DNA from: an uncultured delta proteobacterium
GTDB lineage: Bacteria > Myxococcota_A > Polyangia > Polyangiales > Polyangiaceae
Assembly: GCA_963696385.1 (NCBI GenBank)
Contig: CAVOKF010000005.1
Location: 896,001-960,000 of the forward strand
Reading direction: 5' to 3'
DNA: 64,000 bases
A program made the translations under genes and the position numbers. Positions 9,905 through 19,191 of this stretch are shown here, piece by piece. Each line of letters opens with the position of its first letter. The stretch's first letter is position 1. Below the pieces are notes generated by a model that was given only the letters and a program-made list of their open reading frames with translations, searched no databases and was not told the DNA's origin.

Positions 9905-10942
9905 ATGAAGACCGAGGCCGTTGTCCTGCGCGCACACGGCGGCCTCGACGTGTTGGTGCGAGAGACCCTCGATCTCGCCGATCCGGGCCCGCGCGAGGTG
10001 CTCGTCGCCGTACGCGCCGTTGCGCTGAACCATCTTGACGTCTGGGTGCGACGCGGTCTGCCGAATCGAAAGCTCGACTATCCTCATCGGCTCGGCAGCG
10101 ACGTCGTCGGCGAGATCGCAGCGATCGGGCCGGGCGCGCGTCACGTGTCCGTGGGGGATCGCGTGGTGATAAACCCTGGCCTATCGTGCGGCGTCTGCGA
10201 ACGCTGCCTGAGCGGACGGGACACTCTTTGTCGCGAGTACGCCATTCTGGGCGAGCACGTGAGCGGGGGCTACAGCCGTCACGTCGTCGTGCCGGACACG
10301 AACGTCCTGCCCTGGCCGGGCGACATGGAGTTCACGGAGGTTGCTGCGGTGCCGCTCGTGTTTCTGACCGCCTGGCAAATGATCGTCGAGAAGGCCCGCG
10401 TTCAGCCGGCCCAGACGGTGCTCGTGCACGCGGCGGGCAGCGGGGTGTCGAGTGCGGCGATTCAGATCGCAAAACTCTTCGGTGCACGGGTGATCGCGAC
10501 GGCCGGAAGTGACGCGAAGGCCGAGCGCGCCCGCGGCATCGGGGCCGACGAAGTCATCAACTACACGACACAGGACTTCGTTGGCGAGGTGCGCCGCCTC
10601 ACGGGAAAGCGTGGGGCCGATGTCGTCATCGAGCACCTGGGGGGCGATGTGATGACCAAGAGCGTCATGGCTGTTGCGAGCGGTGGGCGGATTGTGACCT
10701 GCGGCGCGACGTCGGGGTTCGAGGCGAAGATCGATCTGCGTCACGTGTTTTTCCGTCAGATCGAGATCCTCGGTTCGACGATGGGTCCCAAGAGCGCGCT
10801 CTTTACCATTCTCGAGCACGTGCGGGCGCACCGGCTTCGGCCGGTGGTAGACCGGGTCTTGCCGCTGTGGGAGGCGCGCGAAGCTCATCGTGCGCTCGAG
10901 GCGCGCGAAGTCTTCGGTAAAGTCGTCTTGAAGGTCTCGTGA
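9905..10942 (+). CDS. Zinc-binding medium-chain dehydrogenase/reductase
   Basis: ALNHLD, structural-Zn CGVCERC..C, AAGSGVS nucleotide-binding motif, FGKVVL. Confidence 0.92.
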   Translation: MKTEAVVLRAHGGLDVLVRETLDLADPGPREVLVAVRAVALNHLDVWVRRGLPNRKLDYPHRLGSDVVGEIAAIGPGARHVSVGDRVVINPGLSCGVCERCLSGRDTLCREYAILGEHVSGGYSRHVVVPDTNVLPWPGDMEFTEVAAVPLVFLTAWQMIVEKARVQPAQTVLVHAAGSGVSSAAIQIAKLFGARVIATAGSDAKAERARGIGADEVINYTTQDFVGEVRRLTGKRGADVVIEHLGGDVMTKSVMAVASGGRIVTCGATSGFEAKIDLRHVFFRQIEILGSTMGPKSALFTILEHVRAHRLRPVVDRVLPLWEAREAHRALEAREVFGKVVLKVS

Positions 10943-11931
10943 TTCGGTTTGCGCGCGCGTCGGCCCGGTCGGTCATGGTCACGTCGCTCGCGATTGGATT
11001 GGCGGGCGTGGCCGCGGGGGCCGTTCGCATTCTGCCTTGGTTGCTCGACCCGTCGGTGCCATGGCCGGTTGCGGCGCCGTTTGCGCGCGGCTTGGCCGCA
11101 GTTGCGTTCGAGTCCGCGTTGCTTTTGGGCTGGCCGATCGGATGGTCGCTGGCGTGCTTTCGGCTCGTCGAAAGCGGCGAGGCGCTCACGCTGCAAACGC
11201 TGGGGGAGAGACCCCGGACCACCGTGGCGCGACTCGGGTGGCAGGGCGCGGCATTCGCGATCGTTCTCGGGGGGATCGCGATCGAGTACGGGCGCGACGC
11301 GAGCGCGCCGGGACGCGTCGCCACGGAGCTCTTGGAGCGGGCGCGAGTCTCGTGCGCCGCGGTCCGCGTGCCGACCACGTACTCCGTTCCATTCACAAGC
11401 TTCACTTGGCTGTGCGTCCAAGGACAGCCACCACGCCTCGTGGGAAATCTGCCGGGTCCCATGTCCGCGGCGATCCTCACAGCCCGTGACGCCCGGATCG
11501 CGGGCGACTTTCGAGCCGTCGAGCTCAACGATGCGCGCGTACTGTTGCCTGGCACGCCGTCGATGGCCGTGCGCGTCACCTCCCTCGCCGTGCGCGGAAT
11601 GGCGCCTTGGGCTCAGGCGTCGAACGTCCCGCCGATTGTGCGCGCGGTCGTGCTCGCGCTGAGCGCCTGCATCGCAGCGTCGCTCAGCGCGTATCGCGTG
11701 TTGCAAGGCGCGCTTCGAAATCGGCTCGGTGTGCTGGCCTTCGGCGCCGCCGGCCCGCTTGTTGCGCTCGGGCTCATGCGTATCCTCGAAAGGGCGGGCG
11801 CCAGGCCCGCGATGTTCGCCGTAGTGCCCCTTGCGAGTGCAACGTGCACGCCGCTCGCGGCTTGGCTTGCATCGCTGCTGCAGCGCTTGCCGATCCGAAT
11901 TCGAGCTGCTAGCACACACTCAAGGGTGTAA
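10939..11931 (+). CDS. Membrane protein, LptF/LptG permease-like (divergent)
   Basis: Three N-terminal TMs with RLVESGEALTLQTLG, a beta-rich middle, three C-terminal TMs; GTGA overlap with the upstream gene. Confidence 0.5.
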   Translation: MIRFARASARSVMVTSLAIGLAGVAAGAVRILPWLLDPSVPWPVAAPFARGLAAVAFESALLLGWPIGWSLACFRLVESGEALTLQTLGERPRTTVARLGWQGAAFAIVLGGIAIEYGRDASAPGRVATELLERARVSCAAVRVPTTYSVPFTSFTWLCVQGQPPRLVGNLPGPMSAAILTARDARIAGDFRAVELNDARVLLPGTPSMAVRVTSLAVRGMAPWAQASNVPPIVRAVVLALSACIAASLSAYRVLQGALRNRLGVLAFGAAGPLVALGLMRILERAGARPAMFAVVPLASATCTPLAAWLASLLQRLPIRIRAASTHSRV

Positions 11932-11935
11932 AGCC

Positions 11936-12148
11936 ATGGGCAACGTCGGCGCTACGGAAATTCTGCTCATTGCGCTTGTCGCGCTCCTCCTCTTCGGCGC
12001 GGGTCGGATTGCCGACATCGGCAAAGGCCTCGGGCAAGGCATCAAGAACTTCAAGCAGGGCTTGAAGGAGGCGGACGAGCTCGACAGTTCGAAGGCGGCG
12101 AAGCAGCTGCCTGAGAAGGCCACGTCCAAAGACGAAGCGAAGGCCTGA
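11936..12148 (+). CDS. tatA: Twin-arginine translocase TatA/TatE subunit
   Basis: GATEILLIALVALLLFGAGRIADIGKGLGQGIKNFKQGL. Confidence 0.93.
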   Translation: MGNVGATEILLIALVALLLFGAGRIADIGKGLGQGIKNFKQGLKEADELDSSKAAKQLPEKATSKDEAKA

Positions 12149-12265
12149 GAGCGCGTTCAACTCCCCCTCGTTCGAAGGGCCCACCATCGCCGCCCGTCGC
12201 GCTGACCCGTTCGGCGGTCGACGCGAGGCGCTTATCGCTGGGTGCGTCGCTCGAAGGGCGCAGGC

Positions 12266-12500
12266 GGTCGGCCACTAGGACGAGCAAAAGCACCGGCGAG
12301 ACAGCGGAATCGAAAACGCGAAGACCCGCCGGACCCACCGTGTCGCGTCGAAGTGCGGTCCGCCACGTAGCCCGCGCTCACTTGGGCGCGTGGTCGACCA
12401 CGAGGACGAGCAAAAGCACAGCGAGATACGGAATCGAAAACGCAAAGACCCGCCGGGCCCACCGTGTCGCGTCGAAGCGCGGTCCACCACGCAGCCCGCG
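12266..12500. repeat. Diverged direct repeat of the cyoE 3' end (12266-12376 vs 12392-12500)
   Basis: About 110-bp copies aligned by eye; the downstream copy starts 1 nt after the cyoE stop and has substitutions plus two 1-nt insertions. Confidence 0.9.
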
Positions 12501-13337
12501 AAAGGCAAGCGCGAGGAACCCCACCCCCGCCGCGAGAGCTGCCAGCTCGTAGACGGGCCCGGCCATCCCGAAGGGCTCGAACAAGAGCGACGACGTCACG
12601 AGCAGCACGGTCCAGAGCGCAATCATCTCTCGTGCCGCGCGCTCGCCATGCTGGACGCTGACGACCTGAAGTCCGGCGCGACCGTAATCGTCCATTCGAA
12701 AAAGGGCAATCGCGGCGAAGTGCGGGACTTGCCACAGGAACAGAAACAGGAAGATCAGGAGGCCGCCGAGGCCGAGCCTTCCGGTCGCGGTCGTCCATCC
12801 CAACAGCGGCGGGATGGCTCCCGGCACCGCCCCCACGAGGAGCGCCAGGTGACTACGACGTTTGAGAGGCGTGTAGACCGCGACGTACGCGACAAGCGAA
12901 ACGAGGCCCAGGAGGCCCGTCGCGATGTTGACGAGAAAGAGCATCGGAACCGAGACGAATGCGAGCGCAAGCCCGAATGCAAGCGCGACGTCCGGCAGCA
13001 GACGGCCCGCGGGCAACGGCCGGTTCCGGGTGCGGCTCATCTGCCCGTCGACGTCGCGTTCGCACCACATGTTGAGGGCGTTGGCCGAGCTCACGATGAG
13101 AGCCGTTCCGATGATCGACAGCCAACGCGCCCGCGGCCCGGGGCTTGCCGGCGCGATCTGCATCCCGGCAGCCTCCGTAAGAAGAACGAGCGCCGTGATG
13201 CGCGGCTTGGTAAGGGCGATCAAGTCGCGAAAGAACAGACCCGAGCGACCGCGCGATGGCGCCACGCTCGTTTTGGACACCGGCACTTCCCACGGGGCGG
13301 AAGCCTTTACCGTCACTGGGAATTCCGTATGCGCCAC
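12378..13337 (-). CDS. cyoE: Protoheme IX farnesyltransferase (heme O synthase)
   Basis: LTKPRI, ANALNM..ERDVDGQMSRTRNRPLPAG, YTPLKR, GAIPPLLGW, WQVPHF; exact start uncertain. Confidence 0.95.
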   Translation of the reverse strand: MAHTEFPVTVKASAPWEVPVSKTSVAPSRGRSGLFFRDLIALTKPRITALVLLTEAAGMQIAPASPGPRARWLSIIGTALIVSSANALNMWCERDVDGQMSRTRNRPLPAGRLLPDVALAFGLALAFVSVPMLFLVNIATGLLGLVSLVAYVAVYTPLKRRSHLALLVGAVPGAIPPLLGWTTATGRLGLGGLLIFLFLFLWQVPHFAAIALFRMDDYGRAGLQVVSVQHGERAAREMIALWTVLLVTSSLLFEPFGMAGPVYELAALAAGVGFLALAFRGLRGGPRFDATRWARRVFAFSIPYLAVLLLVLVVDHAPK

Positions 13338-13466
13338 GCTCGCAGGAACCTCGCTCCGGACCCACCGTCATGTAGGGCGGCTTCCCCCGCTTGGCAAGCG
13401 GCACATCCGGTTGGGCTGGCGAAGCCGAGCATCAGGGCGCCCGGCTACAGCCAGCCCGCGACGATG

Positions 13467-14594
13467 TCAAGACACCGGGCCGCCACCCCGCGCACCGCTT
13501 GCCTCCACCGCCAAGGCCGCGTCTTCTGCCTCGCGCCGACTTCGATCGTCGATGAGCGTTCGCCACATGGCGCGCTCGTCCATACTGGCGAGCGCGGTCC
13601 AAAGTGCTGCGGCCACCGCGCACAGCGCGCAAAGTGGGGCGTCAAAGGCACCTCGGCAGACCAGGGCGAGCGCCATGCTGGACACGATCGCGACGACCTG
13701 ACGGGTCTGTGTGGCCGCCACGAGCGCCAGCAGGAGGGAGGCCGGGACTAGAAACGTCGCCAACGCGTCCAGCCCCAAGGGCGGAGGAACGCCGGGAGCG
13801 TCGGCCAGCGCGGAATGCAGAATCGCCTGCCAGAACGAGGCGCCGGAGTGCACGCCACTCGCGACGCCCCAGGTAATGACCAACGCCGTTGCGAGCGCCG
13901 CCGATGACGCGAGCTGCCCTCCCCACTTGCCGCGCGTCCCGAGCCAAGTCACTGCGACCAGTTGCCCGGCTGCATCGAAAAGAATGCTCGCCGTGGCGAG
14001 GCCCCGGCTCGTGCCGAAAAGGGAAATGTTGGCCGTTTCTCCCGCTCGCGCGGCGAGCTCCCATGCTCCGAGCCGCGCCATGGCGCCGAACGCGAACGCG
14101 CAAAGCACCCCCGCGACCGCGCGAGTGTGAGGCGTGCGCGCTCCGCAATAGGCGCCCGCCAGGCATACGATTGCCGCGATGGACGCGATGAGGACGGCGA
14201 GCTGCGGGGGGATTCGACCATGAAGGGCGGGTGCCGAAAGTGCAACGATGGCCGCGCCGCCGCCGATGAGCGCCACTCGCGGCAGGACCGGTACTTCGTT
14301 GGCGCGCACGAGGTCGAACAATCCTCGGAGCGTGACCGTGACCAGTAGCCCGAGCAAGAAGTAGGCAAGGACGCTCGACCCCCGACCGATGGCGACGACC
14401 ACGGGCTCGCTCGCGTTGCCGGCAATCCCGGGGGCGATGATGACGCCGGCGATGCCGGCCGCGACCGCCGCATACGCTGCCGACCGCAAAAGCCATGCCG
14501 AGGAGAGCAACGGCGATCGCGGCGCACGAGCCGGTTGGGCCAACGCGCGGCCCTTGCCCGCGGGGGAATCACGCGTCACCTCGGCAATCGTCAC
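13467..14594 (-). CDS. Multi-pass membrane protein of unknown function
   Basis: About 9-10 hydrophobic segments. Confidence 0.65.
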   Translation of the reverse strand: MTIAEVTRDSPAGKGRALAQPARAPRSPLLSSAWLLRSAAYAAVAAGIAGVIIAPGIAGNASEPVVVAIGRGSSVLAYFLLGLLVTVTLRGLFDLVRANEVPVLPRVALIGGGAAIVALSAPALHGRIPPQLAVLIASIAAIVCLAGAYCGARTPHTRAVAGVLCAFAFGAMARLGAWELAARAGETANISLFGTSRGLATASILFDAAGQLVAVTWLGTRGKWGGQLASSAALATALVITWGVASGVHSGASFWQAILHSALADAPGVPPPLGLDALATFLVPASLLLALVAATQTRQVVAIVSSMALALVCRGAFDAPLCALCAVAAALWTALASMDERAMWRTLIDDRSRREAEDAALAVEASGARGGGPVS

Positions 14595-14624
14595 AGCGCC
14601 CGAGCCTAGCGCAGGGCCAAGCGA

Positions 14625-16367
14625 TTAGGTCTTCGATTGCGGTGTCGAGGGCGGAGGCGGCGGGTGCAGCATGAGCCCTTCGCGCGCGTCGTTCGGACTG
14701 GGCGGGGGAGCGCCTCGTTCCTTCGACGGGCCCGGCGCGGGCGTCGTCGGAAGCTGCGGTGCCGGCTCGTTGGTCGGCGCGGGTACGTTCAGGATGAACG
14801 GCGACGCACCCATGGTGGAGCACGCGAACACCTCGTCGCGATGAAACTCCCAATGCAGGTACACGTTGCCGTCCGGGGACACGATGGCAGTCGGTGCGGG
14901 CCCGAACGGTTGTGCCCGGTCGACCGCGTCCAGCGCGGCGATGTCGAAGGCGGTAATCCCGCTCGTTCGAACGATGCCCATTCTCTTTAGGCGCCCGTCC
15001 TTCGTGAGAACGATCTCGAGGCGTGTCACGAGATGCTGATCGTTCATCGGGTGGCTCGGGGGCAATGCGTCGAGCGACTCGAGAAACGACTCGGCGAAGA
15101 TCGGATGAATGCGATTGTGCATCCCGTTCAGGTAGGTGGCGAACGGCACGGCGGCCGCGTTCAGCGACGTCTGGTTGCCTGGCTTGACGCTCGAGACATA
15201 GTTTTCGATCGCGCTGCGCCAGCGCTCGAAGTTGGACGCGCTCCAGGATCCTCGATGCTCGCTCCTGCGCCGTTCGCCGTCGGCGAGGCGCAGCTTGCGC
15301 AGGCTGTCCGAGCCGACGACCGATGCGATCTGCCCCTGGCTCAGATTGGTATTGAACGAGCCGGCCGCGGCCCCTTGGCCGAGCCCCGGCGTGGTCCAAA
15401 GCTTCCCTCCGGGAAGCGTCGGTCTGGGCGTGTCGGCGTTCGGACGCGTAGCGAACCCATCGGCGCCTCCCTGCTGGGCAGGGTTGAAAGTCCAGCCACC
15501 GTTTGGCGAGGTTTCGACGTCCGGTGAGGACGGAACGGCCCCGCCGGGCGCTGGTTGGGGTTCGTTCGGCGTGGCCTGTGGCGTGGACGGTTTCGGTTCG
15601 TCCGCCGTATTCCGTGGGGACCCCGCCGCCGGCTGCGCAGCGAGTGCCAATGTCATCGTGGGGCGCGGCTCGGGCTTGGGCAGCCGCGGCTCGTGTTGCA
15701 CGTCGACGTCGTCGCCTCGCTCGCCCGGAGCGCGCTTCTTCTCGCCCTTCTGATCCTCGCTGTTGGCGAGGTGGTTGTTTTCGCTGTCGCCCAGTTGGCT
15801 TTCGCTCCCGCGGTGGTTTTTTGCGGGAGTCGGCCGATCGTCGTCGCGATCGTGCGACGTCATGGTCGCCCGCGTCTCTTCTTTGACCCGGTTCGCCTGA
15901 TCGGCGATGAACTTGGCGGTCGGGTTGTCGTCCTGGTTCGGCTGCGTATGCTGAACGATGGCAATCCGCCGGTCTTTGACGGGGTCCGGATGGACGGGCG
16001 GCTTCTTCTCGTCCGCCTTTTTCTCGACGAGCAGGATGCGCTTATCTTCCTTCGGCTTGTCTTCGTGTTTCGGTGGCTCGGGCTTAGCCGTCGGTGCCGG
16101 CGGCGGCTTCGGCGGAGGTGGCGTGGCGATGGGCGGAGGTGGCGGCGGCTCCCCCGGAGGTTCGTCGGTCGGCTCACCCAAGGAGACCTCGAACGTTTGC
16201 TCGCCTTGCTTGGCGAGGCTGCTTGCCTCGCGAGAGAGCCTCCAGAGTTCCGAACGATCGTCGTGGACCTTGGCGATGACGAGTCCGCCCGTGCCAAAAA
16301 AGAAGTGCGCGCAGATGGCCGCGCAAATCCACAGGCCGAGGGGGATGGTGACGTCTCGCGTCCGCAT
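14625..16367 (-). CDS. TonB/TolA-family C-terminal domain protein
   Basis: N-terminal TM with His (AICAHFFFG), Pro/Lys-rich linker, C-terminal IVRTSG..FDIAALDAVDRAQPFGPAP; alternative GTG start at 16421. Confidence 0.8.
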   Translation of the reverse strand: MRTRDVTIPLGLWICAAICAHFFFGTGGLVIAKVHDDRSELWRLSREASSLAKQGEQTFEVSLGEPTDEPPGEPPPPPPIATPPPPKPPPAPTAKPEPPKHEDKPKEDKRILLVEKKADEKKPPVHPDPVKDRRIAIVQHTQPNQDDNPTAKFIADQANRVKEETRATMTSHDRDDDRPTPAKNHRGSESQLGDSENNHLANSEDQKGEKKRAPGERGDDVDVQHEPRLPKPEPRPTMTLALAAQPAAGSPRNTADEPKPSTPQATPNEPQPAPGGAVPSSPDVETSPNGGWTFNPAQQGGADGFATRPNADTPRPTLPGGKLWTTPGLGQGAAAGSFNTNLSQGQIASVVGSDSLRKLRLADGERRRSEHRGSWSASNFERWRSAIENYVSSVKPGNQTSLNAAAVPFATYLNGMHNRIHPIFAESFLESLDALPPSHPMNDQHLVTRLEIVLTKDGRLKRMGIVRTSGITAFDIAALDAVDRAQPFGPAPTAIVSPDGNVYLHWEFHRDEVFACSTMGASPFILNVPAPTNEPAPQLPTTPAPGPSKERGAPPPSPNDAREGLMLHPPPPPSTPQSKT

Positions 16368-16564
16368 GGGTCGTTCAGGACGGCTTTTACGGTAAAAAGC
16401 CCGGGTCGGCAGCTTCGCCACCCCTTCCCGCGCTCAAGTTATGCACGAAGGCCGACGCGTCGAGTCACACTGAAACGTACCACGCATGGCCCGGGAGACC
16501 AGCACCACCCTGCCGAGACCCTGGCAAGGGTGCGGGCCCGGCAAACGGCCGTACTGCTAAGGGA

Positions 16565-17614
16565 GTGTCCGCCCAGATGATCGTGCCCTACGAGATCCGA
16601 GGAGCCACGCCAGCCGACGAAGACCAGCTTCTCCGAGTTGCGCAGCACTTGAACACGGTCAATTTGCCAGCCGATCGCGAAGAGGTCCGCGGGTTGCTCG
16701 AACACGCCCAGAAGAGCTTTACGGGTGCCGTCAAGGATCCGCGTCGGCGCGAGTACGTGTTCGTCGTCGTCGATCTCGAAAAGGATCGAATCGTGGGCGC
16801 GTCGATGATCGTCGCCCAGCTCGGCCGCCGAGACGCCCCGTACATCTATGTCGACGTTTCCGAGGAGGAACGCTACTCGGCCACCCTCGACAAGCACTTC
16901 CGACACGTCGTCCTGAAGATCGGTTATTCGTACAACGGACCCACGGAGATTGGCGGTCTCATCGTTGACCCCGAATACCGCAAGCAGCCGGAACGGCTCG
17001 GGCAGCTTATCTCCTACGTGCGTTTTCTTTATTTGAAGATGCATCGCGAGTGGTTTCGCGATGAGCTACTGGCCGAGCTCCTGCCCCCGCTCGAGCCGGA
17101 TGGGACATCGCACCTGTGGGACGCGCTCGGCCGCAAGTTCACGGAAATGACTTACGCCGAAGCGGATCGGCTATCGAAAAAAAATAAAGAGTTCGTCAAA
17201 GGACTGTTCCCCGAAGGGGCGATCTATGCGTCGCTTCTGCCGCAAGATGCGCAAGACGTCATCGGCAAGGTGGGCGTACAGACCAAGGGTGTCGAACGCT
17301 TGTTGCGGCGAGTGGGCTTCCGTTACGCATGGCGCGTCGATCCCTTCGACGGAGGGCCTCATTTCACCGCAGCAACCGATGACGTCACGTTGATCCAGCG
17401 CGGCTTCCACGCCCCCATCAGCCGACTGCTCGAAGCCTCCCACGGCTGGAAGCTTCGTGCCCTCGTCGCTGTGGAAGGCAGCGAGGAGCCGTTTTTCCGA
17501 GCACTTCCGACCCGGTGGGACGCAGAGGTCGGGGGCGTTGCGCTGCCGCGGGACGTTGCGGGGTTTTTGCGTGTGCGGCAGGGGGACGAGGTGTGGATGC
17601 TGCCACTCGATTAG
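16565..17614 (+). CDS. astA: Arginine N-succinyltransferase family protein
   Basis: NLPAD, PTEIGGL..PEYR, SYVRFLY, LAEL, LGRKF..MTYAEADRLS, FPEGAIYASLLP..AQDVIG, DPFDGGP. Confidence 0.88.
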   Translation: MSAQMIVPYEIRGATPADEDQLLRVAQHLNTVNLPADREEVRGLLEHAQKSFTGAVKDPRRREYVFVVVDLEKDRIVGASMIVAQLGRRDAPYIYVDVSEEERYSATLDKHFRHVVLKIGYSYNGPTEIGGLIVDPEYRKQPERLGQLISYVRFLYLKMHREWFRDELLAELLPPLEPDGTSHLWDALGRKFTEMTYAEADRLSKKNKEFVKGLFPEGAIYASLLPQDAQDVIGKVGVQTKGVERLLRRVGFRYAWRVDPFDGGPHFTAATDDVTLIQRGFHAPISRLLEASHGWKLRALVAVEGSEEPFFRALPTRWDAEVGGVALPRDVAGFLRVRQGDEVWMLPLD

Positions 17615-17719
17615 CCGGGCCGGTCGGTCGCCTCGCCGTCGCAAGTCGTCAGCCCGTCGCACGAGCGCGGCCCGACCGCGAGAACCGCGGCCGCGACAAC
17701 CGGTACCGCGACCCCGAGC

Positions 17720-19147
17720 TCAACAGGCGCGATGGCCCTCGCTCGGAAAAATTTTTCCGGGATTCAAGAGATCCTTCGGGTCGAACGCGCGTTTGATGCC
17801 TCGCTGCAGCGCGATCAGATCGTCGCTCTGCTCGAGACGCAGATAGGCCGCTTTGGACACTCCGATTCCGTGTTCGCCGCTGAGGGTCCCTCCGAAATCG
17901 ATCGTCGCGCGCATCAACCGATCGATCGCGCGGTCCACGGCTTCGCGCTCGGAGTCGTCGTCCCAGAGGAAATTGACATGCAGATTGCCGTCGGCCGCGT
18001 GCCCGTAGGCCAGATGCCGGACGCCGGTTTCGGCTCCGATGTCGTCCACCCGTGCGAGCAGATCGGCGATCCGTGTCCGCGGCACGACGACGTCCTCGCT
18101 CAGTTTGTGACGGGCGAGACGCCGGGTTGCCTTGGACAGCATCCGACGAGCGTCCCACAGTCGGTCGCGCTGCGCCCCGTCGTTGGCCACGACGACGTCG
18201 ACGCACCCAGGGCATGCGCTGGCGACCTCGCCGACACGCAGCAGAGCGCTCTCGGCCGATTCACCGTCGACCTCGATGAGCAGCATCGCGCCCGCGCGTG
18301 CGTCGACCGCCACTCCGGCTGCGCGGACGGCGTCCAGCGTTTTGCGATCGAGTATCTCAAGGCAGCGGGGAACGATACCGCTGCCCACCAGCAGGCCGAC
18401 GGCGTCGGCCGCGCCGCGAACGTCCGAGAACAGCGCGAGCGCCGTGGCGACGAGCGGCGGCTTCGGGATGAGCCGCAGCGTCGCCTCGGCGAAGACGGCG
18501 AGAGTCCCCTCGCTGCCGACGAGCAGCGCCGTCACGTCGTAGCCCGTTACGCCCTTGACGGTGCGCTTGCCGGCACGCACGATTTGGCCTCCCATGAGGC
18601 ACGCTTCGAGGCCCAGCACCCAGTCGCGGGTCACGCCGTACTTGAAGGCTCTCGGCCCGCCCGCGTTCTCGGCCAAATTGCCGCCGATCCGGCAGCTGTC
18701 GAGCGAGTTCGGGTCCGGAGCGTAAAAGAGACCTTCGCGTTCGACGGCCGCGTGAAGGTCGCCTGTAATGACGCCCGGTTCGACCACAGCGATCAGGTTG
18801 GCGCGGTCGATGTCCTTGATCCGGTCCAAGGCATGGGTGGCGAGCACAATGCCACCGGCGACAGGCACCGCCCCGCCGGTGCGACCGGTTCCACCCGCGC
18901 GGGGGGTGACCGGCACGTCGCACGCGTCGGCGATCGCCAGCGTGATTGCGAGATCCGCCGTGCATCGTGCGATGACGACGACGTCGGGTGCCCGACTATC
19001 GACGTCGCTGTCGTCGGTGGCGTACGTGGCGCATGCGTCCGGACTCGTCAGCACTTTGGACGGCCCCAGGCGCCGCTCGAGGTCGATCTTGGCGCGCTCG
19101 ACCGCCGCACGCGTCGGCAGGCGGACGTTGGGTGCCGCGAGGACCAT
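17720..19147 (-). CDS. FAD-linked oxidase (GlcD/D-lactate dehydrogenase family)
   Basis: PRAGGTG..GGA, PDPNS, IGGNLAENAGG..YGVTRD, GSEGTL, HAADGNLH, SGEHGIG, FDP..LLNPGKIF. The real gene is the C-terminal part of ORF 17720..20917. Confidence 0.9.
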   Translation of the reverse strand: MVLAAPNVRLPTRAAVERAKIDLERRLGPSKVLTSPDACATYATDDSDVDSRAPDVVVIARCTADLAITLAIADACDVPVTPRAGGTGRTGGAVPVAGGIVLATHALDRIKDIDRANLIAVVEPGVITGDLHAAVEREGLFYAPDPNSLDSCRIGGNLAENAGGPRAFKYGVTRDWVLGLEACLMGGQIVRAGKRTVKGVTGYDVTALLVGSEGTLAVFAEATLRLIPKPPLVATALALFSDVRGAADAVGLLVGSGIVPRCLEILDRKTLDAVRAAGVAVDARAGAMLLIEVDGESAESALLRVGEVASACPGCVDVVVANDGAQRDRLWDARRMLSKATRRLARHKLSEDVVVPRTRIADLLARVDDIGAETGVRHLAYGHAADGNLHVNFLWDDDSEREAVDRAIDRLMRATIDFGGTLSGEHGIGVSKAAYLRLEQSDDLIALQRGIKRAFDPKDLLNPGKIFPSEGHRAC

Positions 19148-19191
19148 GCGGGGGATGGTAGCGCGGACGCTTCCCCCCGAGCGACGCGGCG

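Noticed and set aside
12266..12500. Template/variable repeat pair of a diversity-generating retroelement
   Set aside because: Differences are not adenine-specific (several C/T changes plus indels) and there is no reverse transcriptase in the window.
17615..17719. Short ccgcga(g/c)aacc repeats between convergent astA and the oxidase gene
   Set aside because: Short, GC-rich and degenerate; compatible with chance.
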